A DNA stretch of 64,000 bases from Candidatus Woesearchaeota archaeon (GCA_017610005.1 JAFCCU010000001.1:80371-144370), one strand, 5' to 3'. Positions 39,188-49,574 are shown, numbered from the stretch's first letter. A program made the numbers and translations. The notes: a model not told the origin generated them from the sequence alone.

Positions 39188-40820
39188 TCCCCAATAAGTT
39201 TAATCCCCTCTTTATAGTTTTTGCAACATTCTCAATTAGTTTTAACCGTGAATTAGTTAGGTTTTCACCTTGGCCCAAAACCTTTGTTGAGACATAATAA
39301 GAATTAAATGCTTGTGCTAAATCAAGTAAATATCGTGGCAACATATTTATCTTGTAATTTTCCCCAATTTCACTAATTAAAGAATCAAATTCTAAAATGT
39401 ACTTTGCAAGCTCAAATTCCGCTTGTGTTGTTAATACTTTTGCATCAAATGCTTTTATTTCTTTGACTTTTGCTTTCTTAAAAATTGATTTAATCCTTGT
39501 ATATACATATTGTAAATAAGGGCCTGATTCTCCTTCAAATGAAAGTGATTCATTCACATTAAATACAATGACTCGTTTTCGTTCTTTACAAAGCATAGTA
39601 AATTTAAGGGCGGCCATTGAAATTTTTAATGCAGTATCTTTGATTTTTCTTTTGCTCCAATCTTTATGCCGTTTTTTAACTTCACTTATGGCTTCTTTTA
39701 ATACTTGATTTTTAAGTTCATCATAACTTATGACATTTCCAAGCCTTGAAGACATTTTTCCTGAAGATAATTGAACAAGGCCATAACTATGATGATAGCA
39801 TTTCTTTGCTTGGGGAAAGCCCATTAATTCTAATGTTTTAAAGAGTTGTTTAAAGTAAAGCTCTTGTTCTGAACCAACAACATAAATGTTTCGATCAATA
39901 TTATACTTCTTAAATTTCCTTTTAGCTAGTTCTAAATCCTTTGTTGAATAAAGAGAGGTTCCATCTGATTTTAATACCAAGTATTTACCTAATTTATATT
40001 TATCTAAATCCACAAGTAAACTGCCTTGATCTTTTCTTGCAATCCCTTTCTTTTGTAAGTCTAATGCAATTTTCTTACCTTCATGAGAAACTTCACTTTC
40101 AAAAAAGTAAATGTCAAAATTAACATCTAGTTCTTTATAGATTGCATAAAATGTATCCATAGACCATTTGTAGGTTTTTTTCCATAGCGCAGTGAAATGT
40201 TTATCTCCCTTTTCAAATTTCTGCAAAACTTGACTTATCTCTTCTTTTAATCGTTCATTCTCACTAACCTTTTTTGTTGCTTTTACATACACATCTGCTA
40301 GCCAATTTCCATAGTCTTTATCTGGGAGCTTTTTACAATACTTATCAATATACCATAATGACTTAGCAACATGGGTGCCAATATCACCAATGTAATTAGC
40401 TGCAATTACCTTGTAACCACTTGCTCTTAATATTCTAACAATTGCATCTCCTAAAACCACATTTCTTAAGTGTCCAATATGAAAAGCCTTATGGGTGTTT
40501 GGTTGAGAGTATTCAACCATTACTTTTTCATTTTTTTTTGGTTTAATCTCTTTATATTCTAAAGCAGATTTAATAATCTCGGTTTTATCATAGAAAAAAT
40601 TCAAATAAGGCCCTTTTGTAATTACTTTGTCAAAGCCTTTAGGAAGTTTAATTTTAGCTAGTTTTTTGGCAGCATCAACCGGATTTTTACCAAATTTAAA
40701 GCAAGGCAAGGATAAATCGCCGAGGCTTGAATCAGGAGGAATTGAAAACAAATCGATAATTCCTTTTTGATTGGTAGCTTTTTGTATAACCCTTGCTAGA
40801 GTTAATTTTAGTTGATCCAT
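39165..40820 (-). CDS. argS: arginine--tRNA ligase
   Basis: 'EYSQPNTHKAFHIGHLRN', 'KMSSRLG', 'GPYLQY', C-terminal 'EEM'. Confidence 0.97.
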   Translation of the reverse strand: MDQLKLTLARVIQKATNQKGIIDLFSIPPDSSLGDLSLPCFKFGKNPVDAAKKLAKIKLPKGFDKVITKGPYLNFFYDKTEIIKSALEYKEIKPKKNEKVMVEYSQPNTHKAFHIGHLRNVVLGDAIVRILRASGYKVIAANYIGDIGTHVAKSLWYIDKYCKKLPDKDYGNWLADVYVKATKKVSENERLKEEISQVLQKFEKGDKHFTALWKKTYKWSMDTFYAIYKELDVNFDIYFFESEVSHEGKKIALDLQKKGIARKDQGSLLVDLDKYKLGKYLVLKSDGTSLYSTKDLELAKRKFKKYNIDRNIYVVGSEQELYFKQLFKTLELMGFPQAKKCYHHSYGLVQLSSGKMSSRLGNVISYDELKNQVLKEAISEVKKRHKDWSKRKIKDTALKISMAALKFTMLCKERKRVIVFNVNESLSFEGESGPYLQYVYTRIKSIFKKAKVKEIKAFDAKVLTTQAEFELAKYILEFDSLISEIGENYKINMLPRYLLDLAQAFNSYYVSTKVLGQGENLTNSRLKLIENVAKTIKRGLNLLGIDVVEEM

Positions 40821-40856
40821 AGGCAAACAATTAATTAACCACTATAAATATTTTTT

Positions 40857-41963
40857 CTAATTAATTTTAGGTCTTTTACCTGAGAGATCTAACTTTCTTT
40901 CTGGCCCAGGTTTGGGCATTCCTGGAGTTAATAATGGGGCTTTATCTTCTTTTATTGGGGTCATTGGTTTCGCAACCGGTGCTTTAAGGCCCTTTATTGA
41001 AGCGTCGTCTGAAGTAACTAAAGTTCTCTTTTCTTTAACTTGCAAAGGTTGGGATTTTCTATTAATTATCTGTGCCCCATTTCCACTTAGTTTTTTTAAC
41101 ATGGCAGCATCAGATAATTTCCTCTCAGAAAGACCTTTTTGAGCATCCCAAGTGCCTTGTACTCCCGACTCAAGATTTGGAAGAGGTCCTGAATCTAGCA
41201 GTGCGCTTCTTTCCTCAATTTTTTCTTTTCCATATAAACCTAGAATAAATCTGTCAAGCATTAATCCCTGGTTCCTAAAGACATTTCCAAGTCCCCCTGG
41301 TTTCATAACATAAGACCTTAGAAAGTTAATCAATCCACCAATGACATGATCATCATCAAATTTTTCTTCAACATGAGTTCTTAGGATTTTTAATGCGTCG
41401 GAATGTTTATTGAATCTGTAAGCTAGACTTAAAAGAGACATGCTTGCAACTGTTTCTAAATCATTTAATCCATCATAAATCTCATGACTGGGCTTGTCAA
41501 ATTCTGTTGGCATCGCTTCTTGATCAATGAGTCCATATCTTATATTTACATAAATGGGAGTTCTTTCTCCTTCTCTTTGATAAGTGCCTTTTACTCTATG
41601 CTCCGGGTCGTCTTGGCAATGCTTGCCGAGTAGTTTTTTAATTCCTGTAAAATAATCTTGATTTCCATCAGCAATATTTTTTAATTCCGATTCTTGGTGT
41701 GAACTCGCTAAAACCTTTGCAACTATATCATCTCCACTATAACCTCTTCCGTTAGGTGTAACAACTGAACCATAAGCAATTTTACTTGCAGAAGTGGTAA
41801 TTCTGGCCTTTATTTCTTTCATGGAAACATGAAATGCAATCATTTCAAGTAAAGCTATTTTGCCTGGAAAATTAAATCCTTCAATATCGGTGTCAAATTC
41901 ATTCGCATCAATACCATAAAGAGAATCAGGAACATATTCTGTATATCCAAATGGGTTTGACAT
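40857..41963 (-). CDS. hypothetical protein with Pro/Lys-rich tail
   Basis: 368-aa ORF with BRE/TATA 'AAAACGTTTATAAA' 29 nt upstream. Confidence 0.75.
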   Translation of the reverse strand: MSNPFGYTEYVPDSLYGIDANEFDTDIEGFNFPGKIALLEMIAFHVSMKEIKARITTSASKIAYGSVVTPNGRGYSGDDIVAKVLASSHQESELKNIADGNQDYFTGIKKLLGKHCQDDPEHRVKGTYQREGERTPIYVNIRYGLIDQEAMPTEFDKPSHEIYDGLNDLETVASMSLLSLAYRFNKHSDALKILRTHVEEKFDDDHVIGGLINFLRSYVMKPGGLGNVFRNQGLMLDRFILGLYGKEKIEERSALLDSGPLPNLESGVQGTWDAQKGLSERKLSDAAMLKKLSGNGAQIINRKSQPLQVKEKRTLVTSDDASIKGLKAPVAKPMTPIKEDKAPLLTPGMPKPGPERKLDLSGKRPKIN

Positions 41964-42121
41964 AATTGCCAGAGGAATTCATTATTTATAAACGTTTTGG
42001 TGTTTTACTACTAACAAGGAACAATCTTTTATTGCTTAAATTTAGTGAAAATCGAAGAGTTTAAATACTAGTTATACGAAAAGTATTACGTTATCATACT
42101 ATGGAAAAAAGGTGATTTTTC

Positions 42122-43195
42122 ATGAAAGCAATAGTAATGACCCCAAATGGGTTAAAATTAAGTGATGTACAAAAACCAACACCTGGTCCAGATGAAGTAT
42201 TAGTCCGAATTGAATGGGCAAGCGTATGTGGTTCTGATTATCCATTTCTAAACGGAGTTGTTGATAATTCTCATTTAATAGGGAAGGTTATGGGCCATGA
42301 GGGCGCAGGCCAAATTGTTGAAATCGGTAATGATGTAAAAGGTTTTCATACTGGAGAGAAAGTTGCTTTTGAATCTCATCGGGCTAGAAAAGAATGGCTT
42401 AAAGATGGTAACGATGCTTATAAAGATAAACATTTTGCAATAATAGGATACAGGGGATTTCCAAAAGGAAAACCACCTCAAGGTACATGGGCCGAATATA
42501 TTTCTGTTCCAGCGGTATATGCCCATAAAATCCCTAATGAATTAGCTTACCATTATCCTGGAAGCTTATGGGAACCACTGGGAAATTCAATAAGGTTAGC
42601 AACAGCTGTTAAAGAAAGATTTCCAGACAAAAACAAAGAAATTGTATTTAGTGGGTGTGGCCCTCAGGGAATGCTTGCTATGTTGATTTTAAATAAATAT
42701 TACGGGTACAAAAAAATTATTGCACTTGAAGTTTCTGATAAGCGTATAGAACTTATGAATAAGCTTGGGATTGCCAAAGTTTACAAACCTAGTGAAATGC
42801 CAAAAATTTCCCCTGAGATGTGGGTTGAAGTTTCTGGAGCATATCCCGCATATAAACAAGCAATTGAGACAACAAAAAAAGGAGGCACAATAATTCTCTT
42901 CGGTTTAATCAAGAAAGATATTGAAATTGAGGGCTTGCCTTATAACACCTTTGTGCTTGACCTTCATGAAACCAAACAAGATGGGTTAAATTTAATTGGA
43001 ATTTCAGGAAGACTTAATGAAGATTGGGTTAAATGTCCTGAAGTGATAAAGGAGCTTGCAGGAACAGTTGACTTAAATGAATTGTATTCTTATTATGGGC
43101 CACTGCAAAACATGCCCCATATTGAACAGTCAATTGGGCTTCCTCCAAAAGATCCTGAGTTTGTAAAAGCGGTGTTTTCAGGGTTTTTGTTGTAA
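42122..43195 (+). CDS. zinc-dependent medium-chain dehydrogenase (threonine dehydrogenase-like)
   Basis: 'VCGSD', 'MGHEGAG', 'EPLGN', 'GCGPQG', 'EVSGA'. Confidence 0.88.
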   Translation: MKAIVMTPNGLKLSDVQKPTPGPDEVLVRIEWASVCGSDYPFLNGVVDNSHLIGKVMGHEGAGQIVEIGNDVKGFHTGEKVAFESHRARKEWLKDGNDAYKDKHFAIIGYRGFPKGKPPQGTWAEYISVPAVYAHKIPNELAYHYPGSLWEPLGNSIRLATAVKERFPDKNKEIVFSGCGPQGMLAMLILNKYYGYKKIIALEVSDKRIELMNKLGIAKVYKPSEMPKISPEMWVEVSGAYPAYKQAIETTKKGGTIILFGLIKKDIEIEGLPYNTFVLDLHETKQDGLNLIGISGRLNEDWVKCPEVIKELAGTVDLNELYSYYGPLQNMPHIEQSIGLPPKDPEFVKAVFSGFLL

Positions 43196-43262
43196 ATCTT
43201 CCGGTTTTTTTGACAACACTTTCTTTTAAGCTAGTTTTTTCTTTAGGCTTGAGGTGGTTACC

Positions 43263-44195
43263 ATGCCAACTAAAGAAGAAATGTACGCAATTATTCAATC
43301 TGCAGCCCCATCTCCAAGGGTGGAGCTAATGCCTGCAGAAGAAATTGACTTAACTAAGATTCCAAAAGCTGCAATTAAAATTGCTAAAAATCAAAATCGA
43401 ATTAGAGATTTAGTAATTTCAAAAGCAGCCAGTGGAGAGTATCCCCTTGAATCAGGGGTTAGAAAAGGGTTTGAGGATTTAGGTGCAATGCAAGTTTTTG
43501 GTGCAAGATTCCGCGTTTTTATATCTCCTGGAAGTCATAACCTAGAGACTTTGATGAATGCACAAGCAGGCCATATGGGTTATATTAGCCAAGGGCTTTC
43601 AACGGTTCTAGCGGATATTCAGGATGCAAGAGCATTTGCTGAAACCTACTGGGGAGAATTAAGTGAAGCACCATTAGAAATGGACGCTGTTGAGCGGGAA
43701 TCTTTAATTACTGCTTCAGCTGCAGCTGAGAAGGTGTTAAAACTTACTGCAGAAGTTTATAGTGATAGTGAGCAACCAGTAGAATACTTTGATAATATGA
43801 TGCAGACAATTGAAGCGGAGCGAGAGAGGATAAATAGCACTAGCACAGCTGTAAGAGCAAAAGAGAACTTAATTGGGCATAAAGAAAGAGTAGAATTTGG
43901 AAGTACCATCTTGAGTCATTTAGACTACGCTGAACAAAGAATTCTTGATTGGCAAACTTCTATTAAAAACTCTGAAGAAAAATTAAAGTTGACAAGAGAT
44001 GTTTTGCCAGCTCTTGCAGATGGAAGTGCTTCATTAAATGAATTTGTAAGACTTAGCGGTGAAGTGATCCAAAACACCCTTGGACTAGTTGTAGGGGAAC
44101 TTTCACAAAGTTATAAGTCAGTTAAGACTCTTGGGAAACCAAGAGATCTTCAATTGCCTAGGGGGAAGAGTTATAGGATGATTCGGGGAGGCTAA
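43263..44195 (+). CDS. hypothetical coiled-coil protein
   Basis: GAGGTG SD before ATG 43263; helical sequence. Confidence 0.7.
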   Translation: MPTKEEMYAIIQSAAPSPRVELMPAEEIDLTKIPKAAIKIAKNQNRIRDLVISKAASGEYPLESGVRKGFEDLGAMQVFGARFRVFISPGSHNLETLMNAQAGHMGYISQGLSTVLADIQDARAFAETYWGELSEAPLEMDAVERESLITASAAAEKVLKLTAEVYSDSEQPVEYFDNMMQTIEAERERINSTSTAVRAKENLIGHKERVEFGSTILSHLDYAEQRILDWQTSIKNSEEKLKLTRDVLPALADGSASLNEFVRLSGEVIQNTLGLVVGELSQSYKSVKTLGKPRDLQLPRGKSYRMIRGG

Positions 44196-44196
44196 A

Positions 44197-44310
44197 ATGA
44201 ATCTTGTGGAAATAGTTACTAAAGCTCTTGGCTTATTTACAAGACCGCCAGGAGTTTCAAAAATGGAATGTAATAATTACATTTTACCACAGAAGGAATA
44301 TTTTAAATGA
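44197..44310 (+). CDS. possible 37-aa microprotein
   Basis: ATG just after the previous stop with GGGGAGG upstream; MNLVEIVTKALGLFTRPP... Confidence 0.3.
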   Translation: MNLVEIVTKALGLFTRPPGVSKMECNNYILPQKEYFK

Positions 44311-45400
44311 ATTCAACTTCAATAAGAAAGGAATCATCTGTGGGGTATTCCTCGACAATCGCAGGAATGGCTCCAAGCAGTTTAACATTTTTTTTCTTTA
44401 ATTCTTTTAAGGGCACAATCGCCCTTTTAAGTTTCTTATCAAGTTTAAAAGTAGAAAATCTAGCACCACCACAAATTTCTATTAATTGATGATAAATAAC
44501 TGTGCTGTTAGCTTTTGCAATTCTTTCTTTATACTTGGCACCTGGTTCTAAGCCTGGCAAATAAACAACCCCCCTAATTAATGTGCCATCTTTTGAAACT
44601 TTATCGTATTTTTCTTTAACTACTTTAGCTTGATTTTTTAATCTGTTTTTAAGTTGCACTTTATCTTTTAGTTTTACAGTGCAATAATGGATTTTTAGCT
44701 TACCCTTGTAGCCTTTAAGCACCTTAAGGGCAGTTTCTTGTGAACCTTTAGCTGCATAAGATTTATCTGATTTAGTAAAAAATCCTTTTTTATTAATTGT
44801 ATTAAAAGAATTATCAGCAATTTCAAGTTCATTTAAATTTAAAAAAGTAATCCAATTTTTTGCATACTCAATTAATTCAAATATTTTTATATCATACCTT
44901 GGGATTGCAGGAATTTCCAGCCCATAATCCCAGTTAAATTCATTAGGCAATTTTAATTTTGGCCAATTTTTCTTTTCATCAAGATCTGGGTGCAGTCTTA
45001 TTTCATCAAGACCAGCATCAAATAATTGTTTAAGTTTGGCTTTAGTAATTCCTTCTGGAATAGTATAAAGATGGATATGAAACTTTTCGCCAAATTCTTC
45101 TTTTAAAGTTTTAATGTATTTTACAGTCCTTTTAATTTTACATAAACTGTCTCCTCCAGTAAATCCTGCCCCTTGAGCACCGCTTGCATTAACTTCTTTG
45201 ATAATATCTTTTACATCATTTACTGGCCGTTCATTTGCAAAGGTAACATCTTTGTGAAATTTATAATCGGAAATTGAGCAGTAAAAACAATTTCTTTGGC
45301 AAATGCCAGTTACAAATAAAACCAACTTTCTACCCTTAACACACTGTTTGCAGCCAATAGGGAGCCCATTGATACTCCAAGAGTGAAAACGCGTTTTCAT
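44303..45400 (-). CDS. radical SAM protein (archaeal, PFL-activating-enzyme-related, uncharacterised)
   Basis: 'GCKQCVKGRKLVLFVTGICQRNCFYC', 'GLDEIRLHP', 'NLNELE', 'HYC'. Confidence 0.9.
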   Translation of the reverse strand: MKTRFHSWSINGLPIGCKQCVKGRKLVLFVTGICQRNCFYCSISDYKFHKDVTFANERPVNDVKDIIKEVNASGAQGAGFTGGDSLCKIKRTVKYIKTLKEEFGEKFHIHLYTIPEGITKAKLKQLFDAGLDEIRLHPDLDEKKNWPKLKLPNEFNWDYGLEIPAIPRYDIKIFELIEYAKNWITFLNLNELEIADNSFNTINKKGFFTKSDKSYAAKGSQETALKVLKGYKGKLKIHYCTVKLKDKVQLKNRLKNQAKVVKEKYDKVSKDGTLIRGVVYLPGLEPGAKYKERIAKANSTVIYHQLIEICGGARFSTFKLDKKLKRAIVPLKELKKKNVKLLGAIPAIVEEYPTDDSFLIEVEFI

Positions 45401-45481
45401 TTAATTTAAAAACAAGAGGTGTTTTAAAAGGCTTTAGTTTACTACGAAACAGTTATAAATAATGAGTTATTCATTATATTT

Positions 45482-46363
45482 ATGATTGTTTTAAAAATAA
45501 TTGAGACTTGGTTAGAATATTATGATATATCTCTTCCACAAGAGGGTATGGGAGCATTGGCTGATAGGGTTGTTAAACTTTCAGAAGAGACAAGAACTCC
45601 CTCTGAAGCAATAGGTTTAATCACCAATTCATCTGAAGAAGGATTGCTCCCTTTACTAATTCATATAAGAAATATTCAAAAAACTGATACGTTTTCGCCT
45701 TCAAGGCGAAATGTGGAAATTGGACTTTCAGATGTTGAGTTTCTTGTTGCAACAAGATATCCGGGAATTTCTAGTTCTTCAAGAACAGAATTATTAAAAG
45801 ATTCTTTTTTTAGATTTTATGAAAATATATTTTTCGATAAAGCTGGAAGAAATTTGCCTCCCAGTGCAATTTTTCCGAGAAACGCTTATCATTTAGGATT
45901 AATTTGTTCTGAATTATATCAAGAGAGTGAAAATGTAATGGATGGTCTCTTGAGAAAAGAAGTTCTTGAACGGGCAAGAGTATTTGTTAATATGGCAAGG
46001 CAAAACGGCTATGTCCATTCTGATAGAATTAAAGATTCCGAAGTAAGGATGGGAGTAACCAAAACTGATGTTTTGGATGCAAATCTTTTAATTTTAGAAG
46101 CAGGTTTAATTGAAGAAAGCGAAAGAATGCCAATTTATAAAGATGCAATTAGATTGCTTGAAATAGCAGATAAAGAACAATTGACTAACCATTGTACTGC
46201 AAGACTTCATAGGACATTTGCAAAATCTTTACTTGGTATTAACCCTTCGCCTGAACAATATAATCGAGCCGGTGTCCATTATGAAGTAGGGATTACAATT
46301 CTTAATCCCGAAGATCATTTAAGGCAAACAATGGAACAGGAATTTAAGAAGTGGGACTTATAA
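45482..46363 (+). CDS. hypothetical alpha-helical (TPR-like) protein
   Basis: 293-aa ORF with CGAAA/TTATAAAT promoter; helical repeats. Confidence 0.7.
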   Translation: MIVLKIIETWLEYYDISLPQEGMGALADRVVKLSEETRTPSEAIGLITNSSEEGLLPLLIHIRNIQKTDTFSPSRRNVEIGLSDVEFLVATRYPGISSSSRTELLKDSFFRFYENIFFDKAGRNLPPSAIFPRNAYHLGLICSELYQESENVMDGLLRKEVLERARVFVNMARQNGYVHSDRIKDSEVRMGVTKTDVLDANLLILEAGLIEESERMPIYKDAIRLLEIADKEQLTNHCTARLHRTFAKSLLGINPSPEQYNRAGVHYEVGITILNPEDHLRQTMEQEFKKWDL

Positions 46364-47098
46364 AAATAATCGCTGATAATTCATAAAAATAATTCTTTTA
46401 ACTTCAATAGGGTCTAATCCTTTAAGTTCTGCAATTTTATTAACTGTTACTTGTACATTTGCAGGATTATTTATTGCGCCTCTTTTGGGTGCAAGATACG
46501 GAGAATCAGTTTCGGTTAGAAGCAAGTTATTTGGAACTAATTTAACCATCTCTTGAAATCCTTCATTAAACACAAGAATTGGGGGGATTGAAAAATGGTA
46601 TTTTAATTTAATTGCTTCTTTTACAAGCTCTAAGTCTCCAGTAAAACAATGCAAGACTACTTTTGGCGCATTATGTTTTTTAAGAAGGGAAATAACTTCT
46701 TTTTCTTTCTGCCTTGTATGCACAACTACCGGCACATCAAGTTTTTTTGCTAGTTTAATAAACATACTAAAAACTTCTTTTTGTTTCTTAAAATCCTTAC
46801 CATACTTTCCATCCAGCCCAATTTCACTAATTGCAATCGGATTTTTAGTCTTAATCCACTCAATTTCTTTTTCTATTTGTTTAATGGTCATATCTTCAGC
46901 TTCAGTAGGGTAGATCCCATAAGCAGCCTTTACAATATGATAAGTATCAGCCAAAACTTTAGTTGCCCTATTAGTTTCAATATTAATACCACAATTGATA
47001 ATTGCAGTAACACCTGCTCTAGCAGCATTTGCTACCATCTTTTCTACTGATTCTTTAAATCCATCTGAGTCAAGATGGCAGTGGACATCTACGAGCAT
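46358..47098 (-). CDS. tatD: TatD-family nuclease
   Basis: 'DVHCHL', 'EIGLD', 'HTR', 'LHCF', 'ETDSPYL'. Confidence 0.95.
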   Translation of the reverse strand: MLVDVHCHLDSDGFKESVEKMVANAARAGVTAIINCGINIETNRATKVLADTYHIVKAAYGIYPTEAEDMTIKQIEKEIEWIKTKNPIAISEIGLDGKYGKDFKKQKEVFSMFIKLAKKLDVPVVVHTRQKEKEVISLLKKHNAPKVVLHCFTGDLELVKEAIKLKYHFSIPPILVFNEGFQEMVKLVPNNLLLTETDSPYLAPKRGAINNPANVQVTVNKIAELKGLDPIEVKRIIFMNYQRLFL

Positions 47099-47131
47099 AT
47101 TTTAATTGTAGAACAAGTGGTATATAAATTT

Positions 47132-47251
47132 TTACAATAAAGTTTTACACTTATTACAAACATGAGTATTTTTCTTTTCATCAAATGTGGTTGATACTCC
47201 ATACTCTATTAATGTGCCACATTTTGGACACTTTGGCTCTAAAAATTCCAT
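47132..47251 (-). CDS. 39-aa zinc-ribbon microprotein (below ORF-track cutoff)
   Basis: MEFLEPKCPKCGTLIEYGVSTTFDEKKNTHVCNKCKTLL*: two CxxC knuckles. Confidence 0.75.
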   Translation of the reverse strand: MEFLEPKCPKCGTLIEYGVSTTFDEKKNTHVCNKCKTLL

Positions 47252-47445
47252 AGAATCATAATTATTAAACAATTTCCCCTCAGCTATTATTCTTAGGTAA
47301 AAGAACTTTATATACTTTACTGTAAAGAAGGTGTAAGGTATAGGGTTTAGGATATAGGGTTTGAGGTTTGTTGGATAATATCTTTCACTTCAGAACCTTA
47401 AAGTGTAGGGTAATATGGTTTATGTGAAGGTATTCTTCATTTCCC

Positions 47446-47578
47446 ACTTCAGACTTCAAACTTCTTACTTCAAACTTCTTACTTCAAACTTCTAACTTCA
47501 AACTTCTAACTTCAAACTTCTTACTTCAGACTTCTTACTTCAAACTTCTAACTTCAGACTTCTAACTTCAGACTTCCG
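47446..47578 (+). repeat. heptamer tandem repeat (ACTTCNN) x19
   Basis: Units ACTTCAA/ACTTCTT/ACTTCTA/ACTTCAG counted directly. Confidence 0.95.
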
Positions 47579-47636
47579 ACTGGGCAAAAGTTTATATATC
47601 TTCTCTTATTTGTGTGTTGTCTAGATATATACAACA

Positions 47637-48077
47637 ATGAAAACCTTAGTTATTTTTTATTCAAGGACAGGCACTACTAGGAAAGTTGCAAAAGCAATTT
47701 CTAAAGCATTAAAAAGTGACATTAAAGAGATTTTTCCTAAACGAGAATTTAAGGGATTCTTTGGTTTTTTTCGAGGGGGATTTGAAGCAGTAATGCGTAA
47801 AACCCCTAAGATTAAGCCTTTAAAGAAATTGGAATACGATTTAGTTGTTATTGGTTCCCCTGTATGGGCAGGTAATATGGCAAGCCCAGTGAGAACTTTT
47901 TTAACAAAACAAAAACCAAAGAAAGTAGCATTCTTTGCAACATCTGGTGGAGACATTGGAAAAACTTTTAGTGAAATGCAAAAAATAAGCAAAAAACCAA
48001 TTGCAATATTTAATTTGAAAACAACGCAGGTAAAGAAGGGTTTTACAATAACTCCCTTTATCAAAAAACTGAAGTGA
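47637..48077 (+). CDS. flavodoxin-family protein
   Basis: 'YSRTGTT', 'GSPVWAG', 'FFATSGG'. Confidence 0.9.
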   Translation: MKTLVIFYSRTGTTRKVAKAISKALKSDIKEIFPKREFKGFFGFFRGGFEAVMRKTPKIKPLKKLEYDLVVIGSPVWAGNMASPVRTFLTKQKPKKVAFFATSGGDIGKTFSEMQKISKKPIAIFNLKTTQVKKGFTITPFIKKLK

Positions 48078-48089
48078 AGGTGTTAAATA

Positions 48090-48629
48090 ATGGAAGATGT
48101 ATTAGAAGTTATGATTGGAGATGAATTAACAGCAAATGAAGTTGAAACTTTAAAACCTTACTTTAATGCCCAAGGCTTAGCATTTGGTGTTGAATCCTGG
48201 ATGGGTAGAAGAGCAGATTTTTGGACACATAAAAGAGTTAAATATAATGATGAAGGTGTGCCTCAATTCCCTTCTGTTGAAATTTATGGTGAGAATTTTA
48301 TTGACCTTGGTTTGGATCATCTGGTTACAAAAGGGGCAGTTACCTTGCTTGTGGGTAGGATTGATGAAAAGGAAAAACCCATTTTCCCTGATATTCAAAG
48401 AGCTTTGAGAAGCGCTGCAAGGGATTGGTTAAAAGAATCTAGAAAAGATCATAATCATCCAAGTTATGCTTCAGCTCATAAAATAGCAGTTTTTGATAAA
48501 AAGGGACCAGGAAGGGTATATGCTTCAGCGGCAAACCTTCCACTGCCTTCAACGAAGGTAATTAACAGGCGCGGTTTAATTCCTATATCTGAAGGATTAC
48601 AGTTAGCTTACTCAGGAGCCCCACAATAA
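48090..48629 (+). CDS. hypothetical protein
   Basis: AAGGTG SD; follows the flavodoxin gene. Confidence 0.65.
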   Translation: MEDVLEVMIGDELTANEVETLKPYFNAQGLAFGVESWMGRRADFWTHKRVKYNDEGVPQFPSVEIYGENFIDLGLDHLVTKGAVTLLVGRIDEKEKPIFPDIQRALRSAARDWLKESRKDHNHPSYASAHKIAVFDKKGPGRVYASAANLPLPSTKVINRRGLIPISEGLQLAYSGAPQ

Positions 48630-48660
48630 CTTTTTAAACTTCTTTTAATTTTATTTTTAA

Positions 48661-49542
48661 ATGCAGAAGGAACACTGGATGATGGTTGTGGCTGGCTTGC
48701 TCGCTGGTTTTATCATTTTTGGTGCTAAAATCTTTGGCAATGCAGGGCTTTCTGTTTATGAAATTATGATTGGAACTTCCTTAATAGCAACAATTGGCTT
48801 GGCACCCCTAGTAATTTTTAAGAAATCTTGGAGAATGCCAGTAGGATTTTTAAAATACATACCTTTTTTTGGTTTTATTGGATTTATCATTAGTTTTTCT
48901 CAATATGGGGCAGTCAATTTAGGGGTTCCTGTATCAATTTCAGTCCTCTTGCTTTACACTATGCCCTTATGGGTAATTATTTTTGATAAGGTTTTTTTAA
49001 AAGAGATTATTACCAAGGAGAAAATATTTGCCGTAATAACAGTGCTTATTGGTGTATTATTATTGATTAATCCATTTACTGAAACTGATTTTGGAAGCAT
49101 CCCTGGAGTAATTTTAGCACTTTTAGGGGGAGTGGCTCTTGCATTTTGGGTAATTCTTGGAAGAGTTGTTGGAAGAAAGTTATACCATCCTGTTGCAATT
49201 AGATTTGGGTATTCTATATCAACATTATTCTTTTTAGTAGTTTCATATCCAATTGTTAAGAATTATGTAAATATGCCAGAATTCATGTCGCTTTCCTTTT
49301 CTTTTCCTATAATAATTTGGGTTTACTTAACGTTATATGTGTTTATTACTAATGTTGCAGGAAATTTACTATTCTATAAAGCAGTTCAAAAAATTTCAGC
49401 TACAGATGCTGGGGTAATATTACTTATTGAACCCCTTTCAGGAACATTACTTGCTGCAGTCTTCTTGTCTCAACCAGTTACTTGGTTAATAGGCCTTGGT
49501 GGAATATTAATTCTCACTGGCAATTATCTGGTTGTCAAGTAA
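48661..49542 (+). CDS. EamA/DMT-family transporter
   Basis: About 10 TM helices; 'LLYTMPLWV...FLKE', 'LIEPL'. Confidence 0.9.
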   Translation: MQKEHWMMVVAGLLAGFIIFGAKIFGNAGLSVYEIMIGTSLIATIGLAPLVIFKKSWRMPVGFLKYIPFFGFIGFIISFSQYGAVNLGVPVSISVLLLYTMPLWVIIFDKVFLKEIITKEKIFAVITVLIGVLLLINPFTETDFGSIPGVILALLGGVALAFWVILGRVVGRKLYHPVAIRFGYSISTLFFLVVSYPIVKNYVNMPEFMSLSFSFPIIIWVYLTLYVFITNVAGNLLFYKAVQKISATDAGVILLIEPLSGTLLAAVFLSQPVTWLIGLGGILILTGNYLVVK

Positions 49543-49574
49543 ACCTTAAATACATCTTGCTATTTTAATTTCTT

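Noticed and set aside
42055-42082. Second dif site (TTATACGAA half-site)
   Set aside because: No matching left arm at 6-bp spacing; overlaps the TATA region of the dehydrogenase gene
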